Positions 1-13,812 of a stretch of 64,000 nt of DNA are shown piece after piece. Source of the DNA: Octopus vulgaris. Its lineage: Eukaryota. Under the pieces are notes generated by a model that was not told where the DNA came from, did not search any database, and saw only the letters and a program-made list of their open reading frames with translations. Each line of letters opens with the position of its first letter. Position 1 is the stretch's first letter. The translations under genes and the position numbers were made by a program. The stretch lies in NCBI GenBank assembly GCA_951406725.2, contig OX597825.1, positions 36,456,001-36,520,000 on the forward strand, read 5' to 3'.

Positions 1-22
1 TATAAATATGTATGTATATATG

Positions 23-66
<44 letters not shown>

Positions 67-86
67 TGTATGTATATATGTATATA

Positions 87-160
<74 letters not shown>
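1..160. repeat. (TA)n/(TATG)n microsatellite
   Basis: Direct reading; source of the YI-repeat ORFs. Confidence 0.95.
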
Positions 161-161
<1 letters not shown>

Positions 162-944
162 GTTTGTATGTGTGTGTATATATAATGTATTTATATGTTT
201 GTTTAGTCTTAGTACTAGTCTCAGAGTATTGTTATGGACCCGGCGTGAATGTGACGTCTCTTACATCACAATCTTATGAACAATATCATCATTATTTCGT
301 CAGTATTAGCAACAGAAGTAACAGCTACTGCAACGGCAGCAGGAAAAACAACATATTTCTTGAAAAACTATTCAAAATGACCGCCGCCATTTAATGGAAT
401 GGTGGCTGTTAGTATATCATTATATAGTTTGAGAGTTTGTATACATGATACACATGCATGAGTACATATACACTATATGTGTGTGTGTGTGTGTGCGTGT
501 GTATATGTTTGGTGTACGTGTGTACGTGTATATGTATGTGTATATGCTTGAGTGCATGTATGTATTTATATACATGTGTGTGTTTGTGCGAATGTAAGTG
601 TGTATGAGTGTGTGTGCGTCTGTGTGCGTGTGTTTTTTGTCTCTGATACTAAAAGATGTTTGGCATTTGCTTGTTTTCTATTGATTACATGTTATTTCTA
701 GTTATTTTGACAAATACCAAAGTTGAAGAAATTAGGCCAGACTTTATTGTGAGACAAGCAAAAACATACTCGAATGCAGGAAAATAGAAATGTATTTAGT
801 TAAGTGGGGTCTGTCTAGGTTGGATTGTCTAAGTAGGTACTGGCTAAGTAGGTACTGCCTTTGTTTTTCGCTTTTTCGTTTTTTGCTCATTGATCGGGAT
901 GGAAGAAGAGGTTACACTCATAATTTTTGGAGGTCTCCCAGATC

Positions 945-1260
945 GTGATATCGGCGTGTTGAACGTTCACCATAAACATTTACAAGCCAATGGCTGTAGA
1001 AAAAGAAATGCATAGAAAGGAAATTTCAGTGGGATGGGTCACGTAGGTGGGGGAAGGACTAGGTAAGTGGTGTGTGTGGGATCTGGGCAGAGAAGACCTT
1101 TGGATCAGCAGAAGAGGACAGATGAATGAGCTGGGAGTGCCTTAGTGAAGGTGACTTCATTAATGAGACTAACCAACTTCGGAGAGTAGATGTCACAATA
1201 GTAACGGTAAAATGAAAGTAGAGAGGGAAAACAGCAGGTGTTTGTTTAGCTCTAAGTTGC
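945..1260 (-). pseudogene. Decayed 3' end of a CR1/L2-like LINE ORF2
   Basis: Minus strand reads ..FYRYYCDIYSPKLVSLI..SLPRSHTH.., resembling the 'SLFYRYY.G.CS.EL..L' C-terminal motif of invertebrate CR1/L2-group RTs; frameshifted. Confidence 0.4.
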
Positions 1261-1741
1261 TTTATCAGATGTGTCTATAGTTTGGTACTCTCCCACTCGC
1301 CATTCCTATGTTGTTCTTTTCTTAATAACCTGTATCTTTTACCTGTTCAATCATTGAACTGCAGCCATGCTGGGGCGCAACTTTGAAGGGCTTTGTTGAA
1401 CAAATCGATCCCAGCAATCAGAACTTTTTCAAGTCTGGTACTTACTCTATCGGTCTCTTTTGCCAAAGCGCTAAGTTGCGGGGACATAAGAAAATCAACA
1501 CCGTTTATCAAATGACAGGTGGGGCGGAGAAAAATCACTACTGCGCCGAAAATGCGTAGCGGCATTTTTTACATTCTGAGTTCAAATGTCGCGACAGTCG
1601 ACTTTGTCCTTTCGAGGTCGATAAAATAAGGAGTCGATGTAATTGAATTACGCCCTCCGCCAAACTTTCTGAAATTGTTCCAAAATTTGAAACCAATATT
1701 TTATACCTGGGCAGCTTAAAATTTGTTGCTCGCTTATACAG

Positions 1742-1793
<52 letters not shown>

Positions 1794-2819
1794 GTGTGTG
1801 TGTGCGTGTGATTGTGTGTGTGTATGTGTGTGGTTGCACGTACATTTACCAAATTCAGGCAGATTGACATTTGCTTAACGCTAAAGCTAGACTCCTTCGC
1901 TACAACAACTTTCTGAAATGACACAAAAATGCTGATTATTGTGCTGACTTACCGAGACACTCTGAATTAATAGTGCTTTTTCATGACTGTCGCATATATT
2001 TCATTGGTAATATGATTAGTTATTACAAATTATGTCCTCTATAACAAATTATTCAGTCGAAAAATTGCGAGATTTTCCTCTGTTCGGCTCTACTTAGTTA
2101 TTAATGTAGAAGTGGTTGAAATTACAAAGTTATACGTTTTTAATCAATTTATTTAATCCTTATGTCAATCTTTTGCGATGAGGGCCAGTTGTAAAAATAT
2201 TGCTAATATGGAATAAAACAATAATTCATATCAACGAACATCTCTGTGGTAAACTAATACCTCTTCCCTTTTTTTATATCTAATATTAAATAAGACATAT
2301 TCTATAAAGTATTCATTTCCCTATTTAGCCTTCTGGGGATGAAACATAGCTAGATTCGCTGACACGTTAAAAAAATATGGTTTTGATACCAATTCAAAAT
2401 GAATACATCAAAAAATCATATCGAAATGAATGAATTTGACGTAAACTACTTCTTCTGAAGTGTGATTTTTCTTTTCATGTAAAAAGACGGAAATCACTTT
2501 ATTTACTATTATAAGAAAGTTTTAATCAAAGACCATATTTTGGATTTATAGAAAATTCCTGGCTTTGGGTAAAAGAAAATACAAGAGAATCAGTTAATTA
2601 TGATTTTATGTAACATATTCCCTCTCAGATTCCCGCACTTATTGCAGCGGCCCTTCAGTTTTTCTAAGCCCCGTAAAAGAACTCGGGGTGGGGTGGAGGG
2701 CTCCAGCCAGGTCTTTCGCGATACTCTTAAAGCCAGTAATTTTTCAGCATCCCCTCATAACATCTACGATACACTATATCGTGTATATGAATATATATAT
2801 GTATGTGTGTGTATATGTT

Positions 2820-3030
2820 TGTGTGCCTGTGTTTGTTCCCCCAACATCGCTTGACAACCGATGCTGGTGTATTTACGTCCCCGTCACTTAGCGGTTCGGC
2901 AAAAGAGACCGATAGAATAAATACTAGGCTTACAAAGAATAAGCCCTGTGGTCGATTTGCTCGACTAAAGGTAGTGCTCCAGCATGGCCACGGTCACATG
3001 ACTGAAACAAGTAATAGAGTAAAAGAGTAA
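2820..3030 (+). mobile_element. SINE family B, 3' half
   Basis: ttgacaaccgatgctggtgt..gcggttcggcaaaagagaccgatagaata..ctccagcatggcc..actgaaacaagtaa, shared with many other copies in the window. Confidence 0.85.
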
Positions 3031-3472
3031 TATTTTATTAATTAAAACTTAATTAAAAATAATACAGTAGTATGATATTTTACATACTTTGAATCGCTAT
3101 GGAGGTCCTATAGAATAAAATAGGAATCAAAGAGGTCCATAGGCAAAAAATGGTTGAGGACCACCGGGATAAATGTTCTTACTCGTCATAGCAAGTGAAC
3201 TTGTCAAACTCTTCTATAAACTCTCCCCGAGACTAATTGTTGCCGACATCTCGAAATTCCTCGGATTTTGTATTCTAGTCCCACACTTACAAGACTACTC
3301 ACATAAGATTAATGAAACTATTGCAAGTTTATTAGGGTCGGGTTAATTGATGAGGTCATCTCAATTGGTTGAAGTGGTGGTAGAGATGGTGGTGCTAGTG
3401 TTAGAGGTCAGTGGGTGGGTGGCGTGCATTCGACTTGAAACAAGTTAACATTGACTATGATGATTAACCGCA

Positions 3473-3787
3473 TTTTTCTTTCAGTTAAGGGTGGTACTCT
3501 AATGAATACTGCCATACCCGTACATAAGTATGCATACGCACTTGCACGTGTGTGTGTGTCTGTGTACCTAACATAAATACATGTGCTTACAGACACACAT
3601 GGATACACATACATACATGCATACATACATACATACATGCATTGCATACATATATATATATATATATATATATGCATATGTATATATATATATACATACA
3701 TACATAATACATAATGTATATATATACATATATATATATACATACATATACATGTATATATATACATATATATATATACATACATAA

Positions 3788-3834
<47 letters not shown>

Positions 3835-4142
3835 TCTTTCAGTTAAGGGTGGTACTCTAATGAATACTGCCATACCCGTACATAAGTATGCATAAGCACT
3901 TGCACGTGTGTGTGTGTCTGTGTACCTAACATAAATACATGTGCATACAGACACACATGGATACACATACATACATGCATACATACATACATACATGCAT
4001 TGCATTACATATATATATATATATATGCATATATATATATATATATATACATACATACATAATACATAATGTATATATATACATATATATATATACATAC
4101 ATATACATGTATATATATACATATATATATATACATACATAA

Positions 4143-4200
<58 letters not shown>
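3473..4200 (+). repeat. Local direct duplication of a ~360-bp unit (unique segment plus microsatellite)
   Basis: ttcagttaagggtggtactctaatgaatactgccatacccgtacataag.. starts at about 3480 and again at about 3838, near-identical. Confidence 0.9.
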
Positions 4201-4207
<7 letters not shown>

Positions 4208-4734
4208 TTATATACATACATACATATATACATACATATAAATATATACGTACATATAAATATATACATACATAAACATATACACATGCATATGCATACA
4301 TATATAGGTATACACACATACACACATGCACATACACACACAACATGTTACGTACAGGGTTTATAATAACAATGAAATACCGTACATAACCAGCTTTATT
4401 GTTCTTTAGTTAGCAACTTAGTCATGCAGAAATCCTAAAGACATAGTCGAAGGAGAAAGTGAATATGATGATGATAATGATCCCCCTCCTCCACCTCCTC
4501 CTCCTCCTCCTCCTCTTCCTCCTCATCATCATCATGGTTATGTCACGTAAAGAATGAACGAATGCGAGAGTAAACATCAGATGTTTTATGTCTTCAAGTA
4601 GTTTCAAGTATTTATAGACACCGAAGAACACAATATTAGAGCAGCTGGGATAATTGTATAAGAATGGGACAAGGAATGGAAGAAGCATTTTCTCATGTTG
4701 CCCGCCGCCTCCTTCCCCATCCTTACCACATTTA

Positions 4735-5370
4735 CCACCACCACCACCACCACCACCATCACTACTTACGTTCCCATCTTTGAGCCTACCTACATCACAA
4801 GCACAACTAAGTAACCCTACTCCCACCGCCAACGCCACCAACGCCACCACCTCTATCACCACCACCACCACCACCTCTATCACCACCACCACCACCACCA
4901 CCAAAAACAACAACAACATTACGTCTACCTTTACCATCAAAGTTGGAGAACACTAGTAGTAGTAGTAGTAGTAAAGTCCACAGTTTTTGTGTTAGCATCA
5001 CCATCAGGATATACATAATACATACATATATATATAAACACATACATACATATACATACATACATATACATACATACATATACATATATACATACATAAA
5101 CATATACACATACATATACATACATATATAGAGATACACACACACACTCACACACATACAAACACATACGATCAGCACCACCACCACCACCACCAACAAC
5201 AACAACAGCAGCAACATTTCGTCTTCCACTACCATCACCATCACCACCACCGCCGCCGCCGCCACCATCATCATTATCACTCTCTACCATCACAACAGCT
5301 ACCACTATCATCACCAGCAACACCACCACCGACACCCTTACCATCACAACCATCACCCATACCAACATCC
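4735..5370. repeat. (CAC)n/(TACA)n low-complexity block
   Basis: Direct reading. Confidence 0.9.
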
Positions 5371-5658
5371 TTACTACTCACCCTTGTGGCAAATAAATGA
5401 AATCACGACATTACCAAATCCGAAACGTAGTCACTCGACCAGCTAGAACTAGCAGCCAAATCATCTTGTCTTAATAAAAGTACACGTTAGATAATGCGGT
5501 TCAGTGTTTCGTGCACACAGGAGAAAGACAGGATGGTCACAGCTGGAATGCCTTAACAGCCTGAAACAGACTCGACAACAACCACCACCATCCGCATACC
5601 ACTTCAACATTTGCATCCAAAACTATCACTATCACTGACACAAACACCGTGGACTAAT

Positions 5659-5706
<48 letters not shown>

Positions 5707-6249
5707 GTGTTCTCACAGAAATTGAATCTGAGCAACAAACGCAATGCTTCTATGATCATTAGATCTGGTTCTTTTGGAAGAAAATAAAAGTAAATAATAA
5801 TAAAAAAAATATACTTACATGATTTGAAAGTTGTTGCGTTACAGAGACTGATGTGTTTGTGTGTGTCATGAAGATGTATGAGCATCTGTGTTACAAAAGA
5901 TGGTGTGTCAGGATTTAGCCATAAGGCAATGTGTGTCAAGCATCTGTGTTACAGATCCTGGTATCTCAGGAAATGTATTACAGAAAAAAAAGTGTAAGAA
6001 CGTCTTTACATTCTGAGTTCAAATTCCATGAGGACGACTTTGCGTTTCATCCTCTCGGAGTCGACAAAATACTATTTGAGCACTGGGGTCCATGTAATCG
6101 ACTTACCCCTCTCCCGAAATTACTGGCTTTGTAAGAAAATTTGATACTATTATCATGGGTCGAGTGGTTGTGGTGGCGAGCTGGCAGAATCGCTAGCACG
6201 TCGGGCAAAAGGCTTAGCAGTGTTTCTTCTGGCTCTTTGAAATCAGATG

Positions 6250-6629
6250 TTTTTGTTTTTGAAAGTAGTGATTTTCTTTTTGCAGCCCTCCCGTGAAATC
6301 CGGCTTCGTGCTGCTCTCGGCAAACAGTTTTTGTGGAAACTGGTTTCTCAAGTTGGTCATTAAGCTCTGCAGTAATTTTGGGAGCTGTACTTTTGTGATC
6401 CTTTCAAACAATTCGCGTAAGAGCCCGACGGTCTCTATCTGAAAGTTTTGGTTTTCTTCCGGAGTTTAGTTTCGACGTGGAGGCTTTTCCCTCTTTCTCA
6501 AAAGCTGTCATTACTTTCCAAGACAGTACTTCTTGATGCACCAAACATTTCGGTTGGTTTCGTTACGCTAGTGCTTGCCATAGAAGCACCAACAATTTGA
6601 CCTCTTTGAAAGTCCGATAGATCTGTCAT
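6250..6629 (-). pseudogene. Tc1-family transposase, N-terminal HTH region, decayed
   Basis: Manual translation from ATG at 6629: MTDLSDFQRGQIVGASMASTSVTKPTEMFGASRSTV/KVMTAFEKEGK..NSGRKPKLSDRDRRALTRIV*KDHKSTAPKITAELN..PVSTKTV. Contains a GRKP linker, one frameshift and one stop. Confidence 0.85.
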
Positions 6630-7329
6630 TTTAATGAATTTTAATTACCTTTTTCTGATGATATCTGAAAAGAAACAGCAATTTTAGCAAAACATTTTAA
6701 ACAACGCTAGTAATAAATAAAAAAAACATAAAAATAAACAAGCTTTTGAAGGTTTTATAGCTATTTCAATATTATAAAAGTTATACACACGTGTGTGTGT
6801 ATAACTTTAAATATGCGTGTGTGTGTATATATATATGCTTGTGTGTGTGCATAATGTATATATACGTGTTTGTGTGTTTGTGTGTCTGTGTGTGTGTGTG
6901 TGTGTATGTGTGTGTGTGTGTGTGTGTGCGTGCGTGTGTGTTAGTTAGAATCAGACAAATCTCTTCCGCTCCTTGCCGTTCGGCTTTCTAAGTTCAAATC
7001 CAACCGTGGTCGACTTTTTTTTATTCTTCGTTAGTCAATGAAATAAAGTACTAGTCTAAGTAACGGGGTCAATTTAATTGACTAACAACCCCACCCCACC
7101 GCACCCCACAAAAAATATATTTGAGAGCGTATAAAATCAAAATTTCTCAGGAGACAACAGAAGTAGAAACGATAAAATGGCACACTAAATTTTCTATTTA
7201 CACAACATCCTGACTTAGCCTTTTATCTCTGTGTGGTCGATAAAATAATCACCAGTTATGTACAGATATCGATTAAATAGACTTATAACCATTGCCTTAC
7301 ATGTATTTGACCTCTTTTTTTTTTTACCA

Positions 7330-7830
7330 GTATCATTCGTCCATCTTTTCCGCCCACTCAAGTATCTTCTCTGTAGGATCTTATCAGAAACAATTGTCAT
7401 TAGACTCTCCTGCTGGATTCCCAAATGAAACCGACTGAGTTTATGGATATTATCCGACCATCTCGTTCGTACTCTGCCCCTAGATCTCGGCTGTCTCAGC
7501 TTGAAGAACCCGTCTTACGATTATTTCCTGCGACACTCTAATCACATGTCCCTAAAACCGGAGCTATGCCCTCTTAATGCAGAGAAGTATTGACTCGACT
7601 CGGAGAGACACCCTTAACTCCCGAGCTACACACCCTGACGAGTAACGTTACTCTATGACCCCTAGGAGGAATCCCATTTAGGCTGATTGTATCTGTGGTC
7701 GTACACTTTCTGTTAATAACCAACGTCCACAACCATACGTGAGGACAGACTCGAAAACCGAATTTAAGGTCGCAAATTTGATCTTTTTTACTAACTTCTT
7801 CTGAATATCGAATGCTAGAGCTGTCATATT
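7330..7830 (-). pseudogene. RTE-clade LINE, RT C-terminal fragment, decayed
   Basis: Minus strand: SVLTYGCGRWLLTESVRPQIQSA*MGFL..LRF*GHVIRV..RSRGRVRTRWSDNI, matching the RTE 'LTYG.E.W..EM.FL..LRW.GHV.R..RPRGRP..RW.D' pattern. Confidence 0.8.
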
Positions 7831-7864
7831 ACCAGTATCAGATATTACTATAAGTGATTTCGTT

Positions 7865-8075
7865 AAGGCAGAGAGCTGGTAGAATCGTTAGCACGCCAGA
7901 CAAACTGCCTAGCCGCGTTTCGTCCGTCTTCACGTTTTGAGTTCAAATTCTGCCGAAGTCAACTTTACCTTTCATCCTTTCGGGGCCGACAAATTAAGTA
8001 CTAGTGAAACACTGGGGTAGATATAATCGTCTGGACCCCTTCCACTAGTCCTTGTGCTTTCGATAGAAAAGATTA
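7865..8075 (+). mobile_element. SINE family A copy
   Basis: tRNA-like head (gagctggtagaatcgttagcacgcc..gagttcaaattc) plus core ctttcatcctttcggggccgacaaattaagtac. Confidence 0.85.
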
Positions 8076-9449
8076 TTTCCGATTTCTTTTAATTTAAGTT
8101 GAATTTAATTTTTGTAAGATTTGATAATGACAACTTGGCTGGACCTAGTACATCTTAACTCGTAATTATATTACCAACTGCAGAGTGGTGAAGTACATAG
8201 AAGACATCGGTAGGGTATGAACTCAGGGCATTTCAATTGACACTACTTCCTTTCCAACCTTCGCCAACGTTTTATTATATTTCGTAAGTTTCTTAACATA
8301 TTTTTGTAGGAAATAGGAAATGTGATTGGATAACATTAGCAATCATATCTTTCTGTTATAAAATTAAGAAGAAAAAGAAAGCGAGAAAAAGAAAGACAAT
8401 CAATAGAATGCCAGAGAGAAAGATAGATCAATCAATAGACAGATAAATAGAGCTATTGAAAGTCAGACAGACTGACATAGAAAGATAAGTAATTAGATGA
8501 ATGAACAAATAGATTTTACATTTGAGTATCTAGGCTGTATTTATATTTAAATGTTTTCATATTTAAATGTTTTCATATTTAAAAAGTAACAACAAAACTG
8601 AAATTAATTCGTCAATGACGTCATCCGCGTCCGCGTGAAAAAATAATAGTTAAGTTAATGTTAGAATATTTCATGTAGTAAAAATTAAATTGTCAGTTAT
8701 TCCTAATAATAGATTTTACAATGATGTATTCTCCTTGCAACATTGTACAAGTAGAGCATTAATTGAAACGAAGAGACGGACAGCTTACATTACACGCAAA
8801 TATTGACGTATGAAATTGGACATACTAACAAAGTATGATATTCTTAACATAAGCTGTCTTCCAGAACATTCCTGATATAAAGAAATAAAACGAAATGGAA
8901 TAAAAGAATGAAACGAATAAAATGATATTGATTCGTCGAAGAAAACTTTGATACCAAGCAAAAGCAGCTGTAATGCATTTTTTCACGAGTTCATTGAAAG
9001 TTCACAGCGGTATTTCAGACTAAAATATCTAAAAGTCTTCTATAAAATGGCGGTGGAGTTTTAGACAAGATGGCGGTGGATTAGCAGAATCGATAACGCG
9101 GCAGGCAAAATATCTGGCAGCACTTTGTTACATCCTTTTACAATGAGAAATCGAAACCTGAAGACGTCGACTTTATAGTTTGTTTTTTAGGGAGGGGTGA
9201 ATAAATAAGTATTTCTCGAGCTCCGAAACAATTTAAGCATCTATTTCATCTCCCAAAATAATTCGCCTTGTGTTGAAGCTAAAAATCTAAGTTTCTTTAC
9301 TTCGGTCTTTCTTAAGTTCTGAAGTTTGTAAAGTTACAGAAGCGTTAGGATAGTTGAGTTATGTTGTTCTCTGTGTCGTTATTTAGTTTCAAAGTGCATT
9401 CCAGAAATTTTCAGACTTTTTCAGGAGAGATGTTTAGTAATTTCAAACG

Positions 9450-10067
9450 TGTACAAAGCCTTCATCTCACCCAAAGTAGGATTCTCTATTTTCAATGTAT
9501 ATGTTGTAGCACTCCGACCACTTCGTGAAGGCCTTATGGAAATCCTCCAGAGTGAAGGTGTCCGGCGGGGGCCTTGTGGAAGCCTCCTTCACCTTCAAAA
9601 TAATTACCTTTTTAGCTTGAGGAACAACCAAAAGTCATAGGGAGCAAAGTCTGGGCTATAGGGGAGGTGAAGGACAATTTTGATGCCCATCTCTGTCAAG
9701 TAGTTGGTTACCAGGATGCTCGTCCCTGAGCACCCTGGAAACAAACTTAGCACAGATTTTGTGCATGTTCAGATCTTTATGAATTATTCAGTGTACAGTT
9801 GCCACACCGACTCCAAACTGGATGCTTATTGACTTTAAAAACTCACGACTATCTTCCTCCGCAAAATTGCGAATTTTTAAAATCAGCTCTGATGTTCTGA
9901 TGTCCCTCTCCCTCCCACACCTCTCATCGTCTTTCACATCCGCTCTACCGTCTTTGAAACTCTTGTGCCTCCCAAAAAGTTAATCCACACATTACGTTTC
10001 AGTAATAATTTTGTCCTATTTAAAAGAATTTTTATTGCATAGCGAAGTTCCAATCGTCCCGACTCAT
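9450..10067 (-). pseudogene. Internally deleted mariner (DD34D-type) transposase
   Basis: N-terminal WHKSFKDGRADVKDDERCGR..IIHKDLNMHKICAKFVSRVL is joined near 9720 directly to VTNYLTEMGIKIVLHLPYSPDFAPYDFWLFLKLK (YSPDLAP.D motif). Confidence 0.85.
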
Positions 10068-10083
10068 TCTGCAAGCTGAATTA

Positions 10084-10312
10084 ACGGCGAGCTGGCAGAA
10101 ACGTCGGTGCGCTGGACGAAATGCTTAGCGGTATTTCGTCTGCCGTTACGTCCTGAGTTCAAATTCCGCCGAGGTCGACTTTGCTTTTCACCCTTTCGGG
10201 GTCGATAAATTAAGTACCAGTTACGCACTGGAGTCGATGTAATCAACTTAATCCGTTTGTCTGTCCTTGTTTGTCCTCTCTGTGTGTAGCCCCTTGTGGG
10301 CAGTAAAGAAAA
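10084..10312 (+). mobile_element. SINE family A copy, little diverged
   Basis: ggcgagctggcagaaacgtc..ctgagttcaaattccgccgaggtcgactttg..ggggtcgataaattaagtaccag..gccccttgtgggcagtaaagaa. Confidence 0.9.
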
Positions 10313-10382
10313 AGTTCCATCCCAATCACAGATTAAAGTGTTATCCTCCATCCTCGTTTCATATTATTCATATATATAGATA

Positions 10383-10439
<57 letters not shown>

Positions 10440-10449
10440 TAGTTGTATA

Positions 10450-10635
10450 CTGTCAACTTAATGCGACAGTCCCATGAAGGGAATGACACAGCCCTAGGAA
10501 CCATCAACGCTTCCTGTCGGGCTTGACATATTTCCTGTGTCCTTATGTTTACAAGGGGGAGACAAGCACCCCCACCCAGCTAAGCCTGCATCCAGAGACT
10601 AGTCCCTTCATGGAACTGTCACATTAAGTTGACAG
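10450..10635. mobile_element. MITE with ~33-bp TIRs flanked by TA (Tc1/mariner-type)
   Basis: ctgtcaacttaatgcgacagtcccatgaaggga ... tcccttcatggaactgtcacattaagttgacag (2 mismatches); TA on both sides. Confidence 0.85.
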
Positions 10636-11583
10636 TATATATACTGCTTATATCTCTCTGAGATATTTAGAAATGTAATATATATATTATACACGACGAG
10701 CTTCCACAGTTTCCGCCTACCAAATTCACTCACGAGGCATTGGTCGGTCTGGGGCTACAGGAGATATCACATGCCTAATGTATTGCGCAGTGGGACTGAA
10801 CCAAAAATCTTGCGGTTGCAAAGCGAGCTTCTTACCCACCCGGCCACGTTTGCGTCAGTTTTATGCCATGTTTATATTTTACATTCAGTTTTGACAGTCA
10901 GAAGAGTTAAAAGATCAACGAATGACGCCGGGCGCCCCAAAGCCCTATACTGAGTACATTCCAGAACACCATAGATCTTTATGTGTCTACGTTTCTGTTC
11001 AACAACCTCCGCAACAGGACGTTAATAGCTACAGAGAATGTAACTCGAAGAAATATAAACAAGACGACTAAATCCCAATTTGTTTTTACATGGAAACTGA
11101 AATAAGAAATGGAAGTCTTATTAGTTTCGTGCTGTGATAGGATGTTTAGATAAACGAGCAGATATTGCCTGATTGGTTACACTGAAAATTGGATATAAAT
11201 GATTTCTCACATTGATGTAGCGACACAACGTTATAAAGATTAAATTGACCTGATGTATTACAGATATATATTTTACTAACATTTATAAGATGGTCGAAAA
11301 TCAACGTCAAGAAGCAAAAAGATAGGACAAGATGTTCGAACCGACAAGCTACTGTTTAACAGGATCTATCTAACATCTTCTCTCTCACCTCCTCCTCCTT
11401 CGCTTTCTCCCCTTCTCCTCCGTCACCTTTTCTCCTCCTTCTCTCCTACTCCATTTTCTTTTCTAGAAGTGTTTCTGTAGTTCACACTATTTCATCCCGA
11501 TCAATGAAGCACATCTAATTTTGGTTAAATTAAACTTATCAATTAAGGATATTTTACATTTGAAAAGCTTGATATAAGTGAGC

Positions 11584-11634
<51 letters not shown>

Positions 11635-12629
11635 GTATGTATGTATGTATGTATGTATGTATGCAGGTGTGTTTGTTTCAGAGAGGGTGAGAAAGAAAAG
11701 GCAGAAGATAGGGTGTAGGGAAGAGCTGCAAGGTTTCTAACATTCAACACAAAGATCGGCTTCTGTTATCTCCAGAGCAGGTTAAAAAGAGCCATCAACA
11801 AAATCCAACTCCTTTCCTCCCAGCGCGATGTCAGTCGGTTGTAATCCAACTCTGTTTTAATCCCTTAATAGAAATATTTCCATATGATGTCAACCAATAA
11901 TAGAATCACCGGGGGAAGAGGATAGGGAGTTTTAGCACTAACCCTTTTAAAAACCATATGGTAATTAGATCACCTAGTGTATTCTTACGGGAGTATGGCA
12001 TGGAAGGCGGCGAATTGGCGGAGTTAGAAAGTTAGATATTTCAGGAAGACTTTCGTTGACTTCAGACAAGGTATTTTGCTTAGTGTTCTACTAGTTCTGC
12101 AAATTCACCGTTGCTGGAATTGAAGTAATAACAATTAGTTGAATTCACACAAGAACACTAAATATTATTGGTAACGATCATATTCGGCTTGGATACATAT
12201 GTAATATTTTTATTTTATCGAAACTGGAACGGTGAATGGTGAATGGTGAAGTTGAAATAATTAGGACTTAAACATTGAACAATGAGAGACGAAACTGAAT
12301 TTTAAGTTATTTAAACCAGTTCTCTACTGTTAACACTATTCTATCTGACTTTTAGAAATTGTAAGAACTTCATAAACAACAACAATAATAATAATGGTTT
12401 TAAATTTTGTCATAAGGGCAGCAATTTTGAAAGGGGTGGATGAGTCGATCACATCAAACTCAGTGTTCAACTGGTACTTATTTTGAATTATAACAATAAT
12501 AATAATAAATAATTTAATACGTGAGCTAAGTTGTTATTAAATCCTAGTTCAATGCTAGTCTAGAAGACCTATTATCAAAAACGTTCTTGTCAGAACTACG
12601 ATTAATTATATATTCTATAATAATAAACG

Positions 12630-12890
12630 TGGAGGCGCGTGGCTAAGTGGTTAGGGTGTCAGCATCATGATCGTAAGATTGTGGTTTCGATTCCTGGAGC
12701 GGGCGACGCGTTGTGTCCTTGAGCAAAACACTTCATTTCACGTTGCTCCAGTCCACTCAGCTGGCAAAAATGAGTAACGCTGCGATGGACTGGCGTCCCG
12801 TCCAGCTGGGGAACACATACGCCATAGAAATCGGGAAACCGGGCCCATGAGCCTGGCTAGGTTTTAAAAGGACGCATTTATTTATTTTTG
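12630..12890 (+). mobile_element. Full-length tRNA-derived SINE family C with 12-bp TSD
   Basis: A box tggctaagtgg, B box ggtttcgattcc, (ATTT)n tail; TSD taataataaacg at 12618-12629 and 12891-12902. Confidence 0.9.
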
Positions 12891-13414
12891 TAATAATAAA
12901 CGCGAAATTCTGTCTGTCCAGAACCCTTGTATTCCAGTCTACATTTACACTACACAGATGTAATATACCTTCTTGAGATCAGGATTGAAACCGGGATTGA
13001 AAATCTGCTTTTCATTTGGTTCTTGAACATCCAGCACTGGGATCTGATTTAAAAGCATTTGGATCGTTGTTTTTAAATAAACGCACAGCTATTGCCTGAT
13101 TGGCTACACTGAAAATTGGATATAAATGATTTCTCACATTGATGTAAAACACTAAATATTTTTTGTCAGATGACGTCAGAGATCAAGGGGGAGACAATGA
13201 CATTCTCTTCGTTAATTTTACATCCTGGAGAAATTGGTTAACAGTTGGAATTCGACTTGGAACTGGAACAATAGAATGATTGCATTACAAAATGAATTCT
13301 CATTCGTCCTTAACCTCTGATCAAACACCACCGACACATATAGTCATTATAGATGTATTAGAGTCATGCTATTTAGCTCTCTTTATTCCTCCACAGAAGG
13401 TAGCTTAAAAGTCC

Positions 13415-13812
13415 GGGCGGAGAAACGTTAGTGCGCCGAGCGAAATACTTAGTGGTATTACGTCAGCCGTTACGTTCTGAGTTAAAGTTCCGCCGAGGTC
13501 GACTTTGCCTTTCATCCTTTCGGGGTCGATTAAATAAGTACCAGTTACGCACTGGTCGATATAAAGTCGATACAATCGACTTAATCCGTTTGTCTGTCCT
13601 TGTTTGTCCTCTCTGTGTTTAGCCCCTTGTGGGTAGTAAAGAAATAGAAATAGGTATTTCTTCTGTCGTTACGTTCTGAGTTCAAATTCCGCCGAGGTTG
13701 ACTTTGCCTTTCATCATTTCGGGGTCGATAAATTAAGTTCCAGTTGCATTCTGGGGTTGATCTCATCGACTGGCTCCATCCCCCCAAAGAGAATGCCTAG
13801 AGTAGAAAAGAA
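13415..13812 (+). mobile_element. SINE family A with tandemly duplicated core (dimer)
   Basis: Core gttacgttctgagtt..gtaccag occurs twice, joined by gtaaagaaatagaaataggtatttc. Confidence 0.85.

Noticed and set aside
701-787. Plus-strand terminal-exon-like ORF (ILTNTKVEEIRPDFIVRQAKTYSNAGK*)
   Set aside because: It is isolated and has no partner exon. It shows that acceptor-plus-short-ORF patterns can arise by chance.
4422-4644. Minus-strand acceptor with a 73-codon phase-2 ORF
   Set aside because: The pyrimidine tract is good, but the ORF runs through (ATG)n/(AGG)n repeats and is not protein-like, so it was left out of the exon list.
8616-8623. CRE palindrome TGACGTCA (also 13171-13178)
   Set aside because: An 8-mer is expected by chance in 64 kb and there is no promoter context.
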